A DNA stretch of 64,000 bases, taken from positions 104,813 through 168,812 of the forward strand of contig QCUI01000001.1 of assembly GCA_003210775.1 (NCBI GenBank). Reading direction: 5' to 3'. Each line of letters opens with the position of its first letter. Within the stretch, counting starts at the first letter, position 1. This document shows positions 23,665 to 33,438 of the stretch, in pieces. The DNA is from Synechococcus sp. AG-679-A04 (GTDB taxonomy: Bacteria; Cyanobacteriota; Cyanobacteriia; PCC-6307; Cyanobiaceae). A program made the translations under genes and the position numbers. The notes under the pieces were generated by a model. The model had not been told where the DNA came from, ran no database searches, and saw only the letters and a list, made by a program, of their open reading frames with translations.

Positions 23665-24714
23665 ATGAAAAACTCTCGGAGAAATATTCTTTTAATAATA
23701 GGAATCGCACTGTTCATCGCGACCATCGCCGTCCATCTACTCTGGGGGCTCAAAGGGGCGGGCCGACTAACCGACCGAGACATCTATCACGTCTGGGAGG
23801 AGGGTAAAAAGCTAGCCAACGGAATCAACCCCTACGCAAGAATTATAGGAAATTCAATTCGAGACAACGATAAATACCCCACATACTTACCACTGAGCTA
23901 TTACACGGTCGCCATCATTGATCGAGTTGGGATCAAGGAATTTGATGACTTTGTCAAAGCCTGGAGATTGATCAATCTATTCTGCCACTTATGCATCGGC
24001 ATTCTCATCATCAACGTTTACAAACATAAGCATAAAATAGTTTCGGGCCTCGTTGCCTGCGGAATTCTACTTTTAGGGCGATGGAGCTCATACATCATCA
24101 ATGTTCAGCATCTTGAATTTATTGCAATTTTGCCAATTCTTCTTGCAGGCCATCAACTTCACCGCAGACCTAAACTCTCAGCCTTACTCTTTGGACTATC
24201 ACTCAGCGTCAAGCATGTTGGCATCATTCTGCTACCCAGCTTTCTCATCGAACTGAACGCGAAGCTTGTACCAAAGGGCAGCACATTCAAAAGAAAACAG
24301 ATCCTCATATACAGCGTCATTGCACTAGGTATACCACTGGTTATCTCTCTGCCTTTCTTATTAGATCAGCCCTTAGGATTCACCCTTAACATGCTCTTCT
24401 CAGCCACTCGAGATTTCGGGGATCATGGCAAGGCGACAGGAACCAGAATCATTTTGACGGGAGTTGATGGCACAAGACTGTTGATGGTGGCACTCATCGT
24501 GATTAACTGGTTAGCCCAAGCCAAAGAAAAGGTCAATTTCTGGCATACAAGTACAATCACACTGCTTCTATTCCTTCAATTTAACGCTGTTATATTTGCA
24601 CAATATTACATCTGGTTGGCCGCCTTTTTAGTCATATCCTTTGCCTACATACCTTCACGATCGAGCGGAGAATCGAAAGCTCAAGGATCAAATCAAACAA
24701 CATCAACGAATTGA
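23665..24714 (+). CDS. GT87-like (GT-C fold) membrane glycosyltransferase
   Basis: TM1 followed by a D-x-D loop, G-x-NPY, PTYLP, S-x-K-H, PFL and QYYIW motifs; AT-rich. Confidence 0.7.
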   Translation: MKNSRRNILLIIGIALFIATIAVHLLWGLKGAGRLTDRDIYHVWEEGKKLANGINPYARIIGNSIRDNDKYPTYLPLSYYTVAIIDRVGIKEFDDFVKAWRLINLFCHLCIGILIINVYKHKHKIVSGLVACGILLLGRWSSYIINVQHLEFIAILPILLAGHQLHRRPKLSALLFGLSLSVKHVGIILLPSFLIELNAKLVPKGSTFKRKQILIYSVIALGIPLVISLPFLLDQPLGFTLNMLFSATRDFGDHGKATGTRIILTGVDGTRLLMVALIVINWLAQAKEKVNFWHTSTITLLLFLQFNAVIFAQYYIWLAAFLVISFAYIPSRSSGESKAQGSNQTTSTN

Positions 24715-24980
24715 AACGACAGCCGTCGGGGAGTGGGCAGGGCCACCAACGCATCATCACAACGCACGAACGTACGAGCAGTGCATCCATTCATCGATCC
24801 GATCGATCAATCGCTTGAATCGACAACCGCGAACATGTTCTGGATGAGACATCGGGCACTCTCAGGCGGGATGGGCCCTCACCGCTTCAGCCGAGAGGAT
24901 TGAAGAAAACGATGAAAGAAGCCCCAATCCAATAGATTCATCGATGAGCGTTTCCAATTGCAGCCCGAAGCCGCTACGCA

Positions 24981-26687
24981 ATGAGACAGGACCGTTTGCA
25001 AGAACTGGAGAACGGCTTGATTGCCCTTGTGGGGCAACAGCAGGTTTTGAGCGACAGTGAACAAACAAAGCCTTACAGAACAGGAATCCGTGTCGGGCAC
25101 GGTGTGGCCTGCGCAGTGGTCATGCCAAACAACCTTTTGCAGCTTTGGCAAACCCTGGAACTGTGCGTGCAACTCGACAAAATCATCATTATTCAGGCCG
25201 CGAATACTGGCCTCACAGGGGGATCAACGCCTGACGGCAATGACTACGACAGAGATGTTGTGATCATCAATACGTTAAATCTGAACAAAGTTATTCTCTT
25301 GAAAGGAGGTGAGCAAGTAATCGCATTTGCAGGATCTAGTTTGTATCAATTAGAAGAAAAGCTATCGCCCCTTGGTAGAGGACCACATTCGGTGATCGGC
25401 TCATCATGCATTGGCGCATCTGTGGTTGGAGGCATCTGCAATAACTCAGGTGGAAATCTTGTCAATCGCGGCCCGGCTTATACGGAATACTCACTATTTG
25501 CACGGCTCAATCAAAACGGAACACTGGAGCTCGTGAATCATCTCGGCATCGAACTTGGCACATGCCCTGAAGAGATTCTGAACACTCTTCAACAAACTGA
25601 TTTCAACACAGAAGAGTTGGCAGATTGTGAGCGACTGGCATCTGACCATGAGTACCAGAAGCGGGTACGAGAGATCACCTCTCCAATCCCGGCACGATTC
25701 AATGCTGATCAACGACGCTTACGCGAAGCAAGTGGTTGCGCAGGAAAGCTTGCGGTGTTTGCAGTCCGGCTTGACTCATTCCCGAAGCCCAAGCAAGAAA
25801 AAGTGTTTTATCTAGGAACAAATAATCCGAAACACTTAACCGAGCTGCGCAAACAGATTCTTAAGGATTTTAAACATCTGCCAGACATGGGCGAGTACCT
25901 CCACCGCAGTTATTTTGATGGTGCAGATCGATATTGTAAGGATGCTTTTCTTGCAATCAAATATTTCGGCACAGGCTTTATCCCCAAGTTGTTCGGAATC
26001 AAGAGAAACGTTGATCGAGTCGTCGCACAATGGTCAAGCTCACTGTTTCCAGATCACTTTTCTGATCGATCTCTGCATTATATCTCTCAGCTAGCACCAG
26101 ACCATCTACCATCAAAAATGAGAAGTTTTCGCAATCAATACGAGCACCATATGATTATTTTAGCCAGTGATCAATCCATTCAGGAAACTCAGGACTTGCT
26201 TAAAAAAAGCTGGAAAACCAATGATGAGCGATCCTATTTTGAATGCAGTGAGTCCGAAGGGAAAGCAGCCTTACTCCATCGGTATGTTGCCGGGAATGCA
26301 CCAGCTCGTTACCAGATCTTAAACAAGGAAGACTCTGGAGAACTGCTGCCACTTGATGTGGCCTTACCCCGCAATTGCGAAACGTGGCACGACATTCTTC
26401 CTGAAGATATCCTCTCCCAGATGGCCGAATCGTTCCAAATGGCACATTTCCTTTGCATGGTCTTTCACTGGGACTTTGTTGTGAAGAAAGGGGTCGATGC
26501 AACCAAACTAAAAAAGCAAATTTTAGATCTTCTCGATCAATCAGGTGCTAAATATCCTGCTGAACACAATGTTGGCCACTTGTACAAAGCTGAAACAGAT
26601 CTGTCAAACTTTTACAAGAAGATCGACCCAACCAACAGCTTCAACCCTGGAATTGGCAAAATGTCAAAGCTCAAAGATTATCGGTAA
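24981..26687 (+). CDS. dld: FAD/quinone-dependent D-lactate dehydrogenase
   Basis: QAANTGLTGGSTP, PHSVIGSSCIGASV-GG-CNNSGG, RFNAD, ASGCAGKL, YPAEHNVGHLY, DPTNSFNPGIGK, all matching E. coli-type Dld. Confidence 0.93.
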   Translation: MRQDRLQELENGLIALVGQQQVLSDSEQTKPYRTGIRVGHGVACAVVMPNNLLQLWQTLELCVQLDKIIIIQAANTGLTGGSTPDGNDYDRDVVIINTLNLNKVILLKGGEQVIAFAGSSLYQLEEKLSPLGRGPHSVIGSSCIGASVVGGICNNSGGNLVNRGPAYTEYSLFARLNQNGTLELVNHLGIELGTCPEEILNTLQQTDFNTEELADCERLASDHEYQKRVREITSPIPARFNADQRRLREASGCAGKLAVFAVRLDSFPKPKQEKVFYLGTNNPKHLTELRKQILKDFKHLPDMGEYLHRSYFDGADRYCKDAFLAIKYFGTGFIPKLFGIKRNVDRVVAQWSSSLFPDHFSDRSLHYISQLAPDHLPSKMRSFRNQYEHHMIILASDQSIQETQDLLKKSWKTNDERSYFECSESEGKAALLHRYVAGNAPARYQILNKEDSGELLPLDVALPRNCETWHDILPEDILSQMAESFQMAHFLCMVFHWDFVVKKGVDATKLKKQILDLLDQSGAKYPAEHNVGHLYKAETDLSNFYKKIDPTNSFNPGIGKMSKLKDYR

Positions 26688-26805
26688 GACCAGACTCCAA
26701 TTCGTCCAGCTGATGCAGTGACAAATATGCAGAACTTAATCTGATTATGACCAATTCCGAGTGAAGGGTTAAAATAATGGCAATTAGCTTTATCGACTGC
26801 CTGGG

Positions 26806-27981
26806 ATGAGTCAAAATGTTTCCGCCCCACGAGTCGTCAATGTTTACGATCTTCGAGATTTAGCTAAAAAGCGTTTGCCAAAAATGGTTTTTGGCTACAT
26901 CGATAGTGGTGCCGATAGAGAACAGACGTTGGCACAGAATTGCAGCGCTTACAATGAAATACTGTTCCGACCTCGATGTGCAGTTGCAACACCTGAAGTT
27001 GAGTTAAAAATTTCAGTTTTGGGGCAGAATTTCAACTTGCCTTTTTTGCTTGGCCCTGTGGGCAGTAGCAGAATGTTTTATCCTCAAGGTGAAGTCGTTG
27101 CCGCCAGAGAAGCAGGCAAGGCAGGAACTGGATATACCCTTTCGACACTGTCAGGATGCCGGCTGGAAGATGTGAAGCAGGCCACTGATTGCCCTGCCTG
27201 GTACCAGCTTTACCTGCTTGGCGGTCGCGACGTCGCTCTCAAAACGATTGAACGCGCAAAGTCTGCGGGTTTTTCGGCGATCGTGCTCACAATCGATACA
27301 CCAGTCTCTGGCTTGCGTGAGCTCGATGTTCGCAACGGAACCAAAGAACTGTTGTCTCAGAACCCTCTGACGATGTTGCCATTTCTACCGCAGATGTTGG
27401 CAAAGCCTTGTTGGCTGAGTCAATGGTTTGGAGATGGAGGATTGATGAATTTCCCTAATGTCGTTCTGAAGAATGGACCGATGGGATACACCGAGATTGG
27501 ACCAGCGCTGGAGCAATCTGTTGTCACCTGGGACGATCTCAAATGGATACGCGAAGCCTGGGGAGGCAAATTAATTATCAAGGGAGTTCATATCGGTGAC
27601 GATGCCCGCAAAGCAGTCGACCTTGGAGTTGACGCTGTGGTTGTGTCCAATCACGGCGCTCGACAGTTGGACAGCGTTGCACCAACCATTCGTGTTCTGC
27701 CTGAAATCGTGAAAGCCGTGAACGGAGAAATCGATGTCTTGATGGATGGTGGAATCCGACGAGGTAGTGACGTCGTCAAGGCTTATTGCCTGGGGGCCAA
27801 AGGAGTGCTGATTGGCAGAGCCTATGCCTACGGCCTTGCTGCTGGAGGCGGTCCTGGCGTTGCACGTGCTATCGAAATCTTGAAAACAGACATCATCAGA
27901 ACCATGAAATTACTGGGCTGCGATTCGGTTCATAAGCTTGACCATTCCTACATTCAATGTCCTAAATCCTGGGAGTGCTGA
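26806..27981 (+). CDS. lldD: FMN-dependent alpha-hydroxy-acid dehydrogenase (L-lactate dehydrogenase/glycolate oxidase family)
   Basis: YIDSGA, WYQLY, LTIDTP, SNHGARQLD, DGGIRRGSD. Substrate not determinable. Confidence 0.85.
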   Translation: MSQNVSAPRVVNVYDLRDLAKKRLPKMVFGYIDSGADREQTLAQNCSAYNEILFRPRCAVATPEVELKISVLGQNFNLPFLLGPVGSSRMFYPQGEVVAAREAGKAGTGYTLSTLSGCRLEDVKQATDCPAWYQLYLLGGRDVALKTIERAKSAGFSAIVLTIDTPVSGLRELDVRNGTKELLSQNPLTMLPFLPQMLAKPCWLSQWFGDGGLMNFPNVVLKNGPMGYTEIGPALEQSVVTWDDLKWIREAWGGKLIIKGVHIGDDARKAVDLGVDAVVVSNHGARQLDSVAPTIRVLPEIVKAVNGEIDVLMDGGIRRGSDVVKAYCLGAKGVLIGRAYAYGLAAGGGPGVARAIEILKTDIIRTMKLLGCDSVHKLDHSYIQCPKSWEC

Positions 27982-28063
27982 AGAAGCAGCATCCCGTCAA
28001 AGGGTCTGATCTCCAGCATGAATAGTTTGAACTCATACGAATCATGAATGCAGCAAGAAATCT

Positions 28064-29539
28064 TCAGCCAGCTTCAAGTTGTTCCATCAATCTCCAGGCC
28101 TGCGCGAGTGTTTGGCCATCACCAAGATTGCCGGGGAATGTGATCACAGGAAGACCCGCCACACCAGCGATGCCATCGTCAGGCAACGGCCGCACCAGCG
28201 AAAGCCCAGGCATCAACTGGCCCTCCAGCAGCACTGTCCCCAGTCCCAGACCATCAGCGAGAAGGCTGCCTGTGGTGATTCCCCCCTTGCTGATCAAGTA
28301 GCCAAGCTGTGGGGCGAACGCTGCGACCAGCCGTGCTGTGAGCTGGGCAAGAGCCAGGCCAAAGCGCAAACGACGACGATCAGCGGCCTGCCCCTCACCG
28401 AAATGAAGCTCCCCACGACTGGTGTAGAGCACGGGTGTCTGTTTCCGACCCAAAACCGCCCGCATCGATTGCAACCATTCGAGCTCCAGGTCAGCCAACA
28501 GCCAATCCGGGGTACTCCCTTCGAGCACCCTGGCAATACGGGCCACCGGCAGCTCGATTCCGGTGCAAGCTGACTCGCCAAGCAAGGCTTCCAGCTGCTG
28601 GTCTGCCAGAGGCACATGGGAGCCCACCAAGACAAGCCCAGGAAGCCAATTGCCGTTTGGATCACAGCGACGCAACTTCACCAGATCACCGACCTCCAGA
28701 GGCTGCGGACCGATGGGCTGTTTGCCCCCGTCAACCAGCCCATTGATCAGGCTCGCAGCAGATCGAAACAGGAAGCGACGCCTGCCCTGCAGCTGTTGCA
28801 CTACCGCCCCGAGTGCATCCAGTTGCTCTTGCCTCTCGGCATCCACGATCACGGCACAATTGCCATCCAACGCTTCAAGCCAGCTCACCAGCGCTGTGAA
28901 ACCGTTCGAGCCATCGGCGCAGGGTTCGCCCTTCCTGTGAGCAGCAGCGCGGTCGAGCTGCGGCCCCTGCAAGCGCAGCACCGAAGCAGCTGCAATGGCA
29001 CCGTCACTCTTTTCCTCCAGCCAGGCATCCAGACAACTAGTGCTGAAACCAAAGCTGCGGTCGCTAGCGAAGGGGGTCGTATGGACCGGTTGACCATGAA
29101 GCAGGTGCACCCCATTCACCGTGGTGCGTCCACCGGGGAGAAAGGCGGGCACATGCAGGGTGGCGTGCACCGGACCGAAGCGATCACCAAGCTCCTTGGC
29201 CAGAACAGCGGGCTCAAGCACCCCATGACCGCGAAGGGTGGAGTCACCCCTGCTGACCAGCAGCAGTTGCTGATCACTGATCCGCTCCGCTGCAAGAGCT
29301 TGCTCGAGCGCAGCAACGATTTCACGATTGCGCTCAGCCGCGGCCTCCGGCAACAGAGCACGGGTGTTCGCCAACACAAACAGCAGGGGAGAAGGGTGAC
29401 GTAGTCCTCGACGCAGGGTCTGCACATCCCAGCGCAGCAGCAAAGGGCAGCTATGCACCGTCTGAGATCCGGTGGGATCGTCGTCAATCACCACAATCTT
29501 CCGGCCACCCTCAGCCGCTGCAGAGTTGGCCGCGCTCAC
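28064..29539 (-). CDS. Four-carbon acid sugar kinase family protein (DUF1537)
   Basis: DDDPTGSQTVH, SRGDSTLRGH, PAFLPGGRTT, VGSHV, SKGGIT, FPGNLG. Confidence 0.9.
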   Translation of the reverse strand: MSAANSAAAEGGRKIVVIDDDPTGSQTVHSCPLLLRWDVQTLRRGLRHPSPLLFVLANTRALLPEAAAERNREIVAALEQALAAERISDQQLLLVSRGDSTLRGHGVLEPAVLAKELGDRFGPVHATLHVPAFLPGGRTTVNGVHLLHGQPVHTTPFASDRSFGFSTSCLDAWLEEKSDGAIAAASVLRLQGPQLDRAAAHRKGEPCADGSNGFTALVSWLEALDGNCAVIVDAERQEQLDALGAVVQQLQGRRRFLFRSAASLINGLVDGGKQPIGPQPLEVGDLVKLRRCDPNGNWLPGLVLVGSHVPLADQQLEALLGESACTGIELPVARIARVLEGSTPDWLLADLELEWLQSMRAVLGRKQTPVLYTSRGELHFGEGQAADRRRLRFGLALAQLTARLVAAFAPQLGYLISKGGITTGSLLADGLGLGTVLLEGQLMPGLSLVRPLPDDGIAGVAGLPVITFPGNLGDGQTLAQAWRLMEQLEAG

Positions 29540-29607
29540 GACAGCGTTCTACCTGTGGCCATCGGACTTGGGCTTGGCCAAAGCCTGTGGCTGCGGATGA
29601 ACATGAT

Positions 29608-30465
29608 TCAGCTGACGCTGTAGCGGCAAGACAGCTTGGTGCTCTCTCCTTTGGCCAGCGCCAACCTTCTGTCACCGCTGATCAGCGCCTGCCGAGGGCC
29701 TGTCCAGGGCTCAAGGCAAACCATGGCTCGAGGGGGATCGGTCCAAACCACCGTGAGATCCATTGGCTCGTGATGCTGAAGCTGCAGCCGGGTGCCTGCC
29801 TGTTCATCCACCAGCGTCACCGGTCCGTCGGCGTGCGCGAGGAAGTCGACCCCCTGAGCCAGGCGACTCAACTGGGCGGCAGTTTCCGCTTCAGCCATCT
29901 CCAGATGATTAAAGCAACGGTCAGGCAGACCTTCCAATGCGCTGCAGGAGAGATCACTCACATTGAAGTAGGGGTGAAGCCCGAAGCTGAAGGGCATCGG
30001 CTCACTCTCAGATTCAGAGGTGTTGCTGATGGTGATGGTGATCTCGAGCGCAGCACTGAGCGGCCTGATCTCCATCTGGAGCCTGAATCCGAAGGGGTAA
30101 GCCTTGCGGGTGTCGGCACAATCCATCAACGTGAGCATTACTCCACTCTGATCAGCCAGCAACGCGATCTGCCAGGGCAAGTCACGAGCAAATCCGTGCT
30201 GTTTCAGGGTGAAGTCACCGCTGGCGAGCGGCAAACAATCATTCGGCAGATTGCCGCAGATCGGGAACAACACCGGAATGCCACCCCTGATGCTCTTGGC
30301 TGGATCAGCGAAGCGCTCTTGGTCGAGATAGAGGATTTCACGGCCGTTGCACAGCCATTCCGTTACCAGGCCACCTCGCTCGGGCACCACCCGCAAGCGA
30401 TCACCACTGCTGGGATGCACAAACTCCCAGTGGGCGTAGGGAGCGGACTGTTGGCGAAAGGTCAT
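29608..30465 (-). CDS. Aldose 1-epimerase / galactose mutarotase-like protein
   Basis: RGGIPVLFP, QHGFARD, GLHPYF, CLEPW. Confidence 0.9.
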   Translation of the reverse strand: MTFRQQSAPYAHWEFVHPSSGDRLRVVPERGGLVTEWLCNGREILYLDQERFADPAKSIRGGIPVLFPICGNLPNDCLPLASGDFTLKQHGFARDLPWQIALLADQSGVMLTLMDCADTRKAYPFGFRLQMEIRPLSAALEITITISNTSESESEPMPFSFGLHPYFNVSDLSCSALEGLPDRCFNHLEMAEAETAAQLSRLAQGVDFLAHADGPVTLVDEQAGTRLQLQHHEPMDLTVVWTDPPRAMVCLEPWTGPRQALISGDRRLALAKGESTKLSCRYSVS

Positions 30466-30501
30466 GGCCACAGGACCGGGACACCCAAGATTGGCCAAAA
30501 A

Positions 30502-31428
30502 CTACCGGGAAGGCTGCAAATCCGGCTTGTTTTCCCCGGCAAGGGTCGACAACCACTCGAGTAATGCCGCATTCACCTGATCCGGAACCTCATCATGCGG
30601 GCAGTGACCGGCTTCAAGAACCACCTCGGTGGTTGCCTCTGGAGCATGGCGCTGGAAGCTAGCCCGACGACCTGCAGCATTGATCCAGGGGTCGCGGATC
30701 CCCCAGAGCAACAGTAACGGCGACTTCAGACAAGCGAACAACTCATCCAACGGCTGTCCGCGCGGGATATCGAACACCGTGCGGAACACTCCGAAAGCAC
30801 CGGCATCCAGAGAAGGGCGCCGAATGGCTTCGACTAACCAATCATCGACGTTGGTCGTATCGATGTACACCTGATTGAGGGTGCGTCGGATCGTGGCGGG
30901 CCGCCTGAGATTCTCAAACAGCAGCCGCTGCAGCACAGGATTCTTCAGCAGTGCTGAGCTGATCGAGCGCCGTGCACTCGGCCACCAGCCTTTGGGTTTC
31001 GCCGACTGCTCGTCGCTGAAAGGGCCAGCGGCATTCAGCAGCACAACACCAGCCGCTTCATCACCCAGCTCAGCCCCAGCGGCAAGAGCGGCGAAACCAC
31101 CCAGTGAATTGCCCGCAATCACTGTGGGTCGGCCAATGCGTTCGCGCACATAGGCCACCAGCTGATCACGCCAAAGAGCACCGCCATAGGCCAGACCATC
31201 CGGCTTGGCACTGCGGCCGAAACCAAGCAGATCGATGGCATGAACTTCATAGGTGCTGGCCAGCACTGGAATGTTGTGGCGCCAGTGATCGGTGGAAGCG
31301 CCAAAACCATGCACAAGAAGCACGGCAGGACGCTCCAGATGACCTGAATCTGGGCCAGGCCCAACGCAGAGACCGTGCACTGCATGACCTTGGAACTGCC
31401 ACCAGGGCTGCTGCGCCTCGCTCACCAC
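30502..31428 (-). CDS. Alpha/beta-fold hydrolase
   Basis: HGFGAS, DLLGFGRS, GNSLGG, AGHCPHDE; start uncertain. Confidence 0.9.
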   Translation of the reverse strand: MVSEAQQPWWQFQGHAVHGLCVGPGPDSGHLERPAVLLVHGFGASTDHWRHNIPVLASTYEVHAIDLLGFGRSAKPDGLAYGGALWRDQLVAYVRERIGRPTVIAGNSLGGFAALAAGAELGDEAAGVVLLNAAGPFSDEQSAKPKGWWPSARRSISSALLKNPVLQRLLFENLRRPATIRRTLNQVYIDTTNVDDWLVEAIRRPSLDAGAFGVFRTVFDIPRGQPLDELFACLKSPLLLLWGIRDPWINAAGRRASFQRHAPEATTEVVLEAGHCPHDEVPDQVNAALLEWLSTLAGENKPDLQPSR

Positions 31429-31498
31429 AACAATTGCTTGGGGCGGCGATGCTAAGCATCCTTTTTCGCCATCGACCTGCGAGGCCGATTTCGCCGCG

Positions 31499-31807
31499 AT
31501 GCTCGACCAGACCACAGGCTTGCTTCTGCAGAGCAGCACACTCAGCGGTGGCCTGTTCTGGGCCATTGCCTTCTATCTGCCGCTGAGCGCACCACTCAGC
31601 CGCTTTGAAGCGAGCCTCGAAAGCAGTCCTCTCAGCGCACCATGGCGTCAAGCCGCTTTGGTGATCAGCAGCCTGCTGCTTGCCCTCACCGTTGGCGTGG
31701 TGATCCAACTGCTGCTGGGATGGGCTCTGGGACCTGGCTGGTCATCAAGCCTGGCGCTGATCACCATTGGCTGGAGTCTGTTTCTGTCACTGGCGCGGAA
31801 GGACTGA
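31499..31807 (+). CDS. Small hypothetical membrane protein
   Basis: Three hydrophobic segments; fills the gap between the hydrolase and the antiporter. Confidence 0.6.
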   Translation: MLDQTTGLLLQSSTLSGGLFWAIAFYLPLSAPLSRFEASLESSPLSAPWRQAALVISSLLLALTVGVVIQLLLGWALGPGWSSSLALITIGWSLFLSLARKD

Positions 31808-31810
31808 AGT

Positions 31811-33205
31811 TCACAGCAGACCAACCGGATCGGCGGCCACCTCGTCATCAACCATGTCGTCATCGTCTGGCTTGTCGTCGCCGATCACCAGACGCAGAAG
31901 CACAGGAGCCAGGAAGGTTGTGCCGATCACCATCAACAGAATGGCCGCCTCAAGAGAGGGAGATAGCAACTTGGCGCTAGTACCAAGCCCGAGGAATATC
32001 AGGCCGACTTCGCCACGGGGCATCATGCCCAGGCCCACCACCAGACGACGGGTGGGTTGCTTGCTAACAAAGGCCCAGCCCGAAGCGATCTTGCCGATGA
32101 TCGACACCACCAACAAAAAGCCGGCAATGATCAGAGCCGTCTTGCTGGATGGATCGGAGGGATTGATCACAGAGAGATCCATACCCGCTCCGACCAGAAC
32201 GAAAAACACGGTGGCAAACAGCGTCACGATCGGCAGGACCGCCTCCTGAATCGCGCGGTTGTGCTTCGAGCTGCTGAGAATCAGACCAGCAGCGAATGCG
32301 CCCAGGGCAGCCTCAAGACCGATGGCCGTCGCCGTAAAACAACTGATGGCAAGGATCACAAACGAGGCCACCAGCACTTCCCCAGGAGCCTTCAGCTTGT
32401 CGATCAACCAGTCAAACGCCGGCGCTGCGCTGCGGCTGAGACCGATGGCTGCCACCACGAACACGGCAGCAGCAGCTACCAGTTTCACGATCGGGCCGAT
32501 CTCAAGTGAGCCGCCGCCAGCCAGGGCCACCACGATGGCCAGGATCACGATGCCTAGGATGTCATCCAGAACGGCAGCGCCGATCACGATTTGACCTTCA
32601 CGGGTCTTGAGATATCCCAGCTCACCAAACACGCTGGCGGTGATGCCGATGCTGGTTGCCGTCATGGAGGCACCGGCAAAGATCGCCGGAATCGCATCCA
32701 CATGAAAAATTGCCATCAGGCCCCAGGTGCCGAAGGCGAAGGGCAACACCACACCAGCGACGGCCACGGTGAAGGCTTGTCCGCCGACAGCGATCAGTTC
32801 TTCCAGCTCACTTTCCAGACCGGTGAGAAACAACAGGGCATAAAGACCCAGCTCAGCCACCGACTCCAGCGAGGGGAAACTTTCGCTGTAGATCTCCGGA
32901 ACCACTTCCGGGGGCACATTCACCAGACCACTCACCAGGCCGACCAGCCCCTGACTGAGCTCCACCTGGGTTTCCGGGGGGACCAATAGATGCAGTCCGG
33001 AGGCACCGATCAGCACACCGGCCAGCAGCTCACCGAGGATCGTGGGTAACTGCAGACGCACCAGGACTTCCGCGAGAATGCGGGCTGCCACGAAGATCAG
33101 TACAAATCTGGCTACCCCGATCAGGGTTTCCGCCATCTCTAAGTCGTGAGCCGAGACCTCAGCCAGCAACGGCGTGAGTAGTGGGGGCATCGCAGCAGCG
33201 AGCAT
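31811..33205 (-). CDS. nhaS3: CPA2 Na+/H+ antiporter (NhaS3-like)
   Basis: LGELLAG, ATSIGIT, AAVLDDILG, GMMPRGEVGL. Confidence 0.88.
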   Translation of the reverse strand: MLAAAMPPLLTPLLAEVSAHDLEMAETLIGVARFVLIFVAARILAEVLVRLQLPTILGELLAGVLIGASGLHLLVPPETQVELSQGLVGLVSGLVNVPPEVVPEIYSESFPSLESVAELGLYALLFLTGLESELEELIAVGGQAFTVAVAGVVLPFAFGTWGLMAIFHVDAIPAIFAGASMTATSIGITASVFGELGYLKTREGQIVIGAAVLDDILGIVILAIVVALAGGGSLEIGPIVKLVAAAAVFVVAAIGLSRSAAPAFDWLIDKLKAPGEVLVASFVILAISCFTATAIGLEAALGAFAAGLILSSSKHNRAIQEAVLPIVTLFATVFFVLVGAGMDLSVINPSDPSSKTALIIAGFLLVVSIIGKIASGWAFVSKQPTRRLVVGLGMMPRGEVGLIFLGLGTSAKLLSPSLEAAILLMVIGTTFLAPVLLRLVIGDDKPDDDDMVDDEVAADPVGLL

Positions 33206-33438
33206 CAGAACTGTTGATTCCTCTCGGTGGGACCTTATCCCTAAACGGGGTGCCGCAATGCTCACGCTGAAGCTTCAGCAGGAGTATTCCGACGTGAGCT
33301 GATCCTGAGAGTGCAGCTACACAGCATCAATTGTCTGCAAACTTCCGCCGCAACGGCGACTCGGTCTGACTGGAAACGCTGAATTTCCTGCATTCCAGGT
33401 GCGATCCGAGCCAACCTCAGGAGATCTCCCGAGAAGCG

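Noticed and set aside
24785-24830. Cluster of ATCG/GATC words upstream of dld
   Set aside because: No regular period or spacer structure; not a CRISPR or iteron array.
29587-30564. 325-aa plus-strand ORF
   Set aside because: Antisense shadow of the mutarotase, typical of GC-rich coding DNA; the same applies to 28616-29404, 44955-45671 and 46862-47536.
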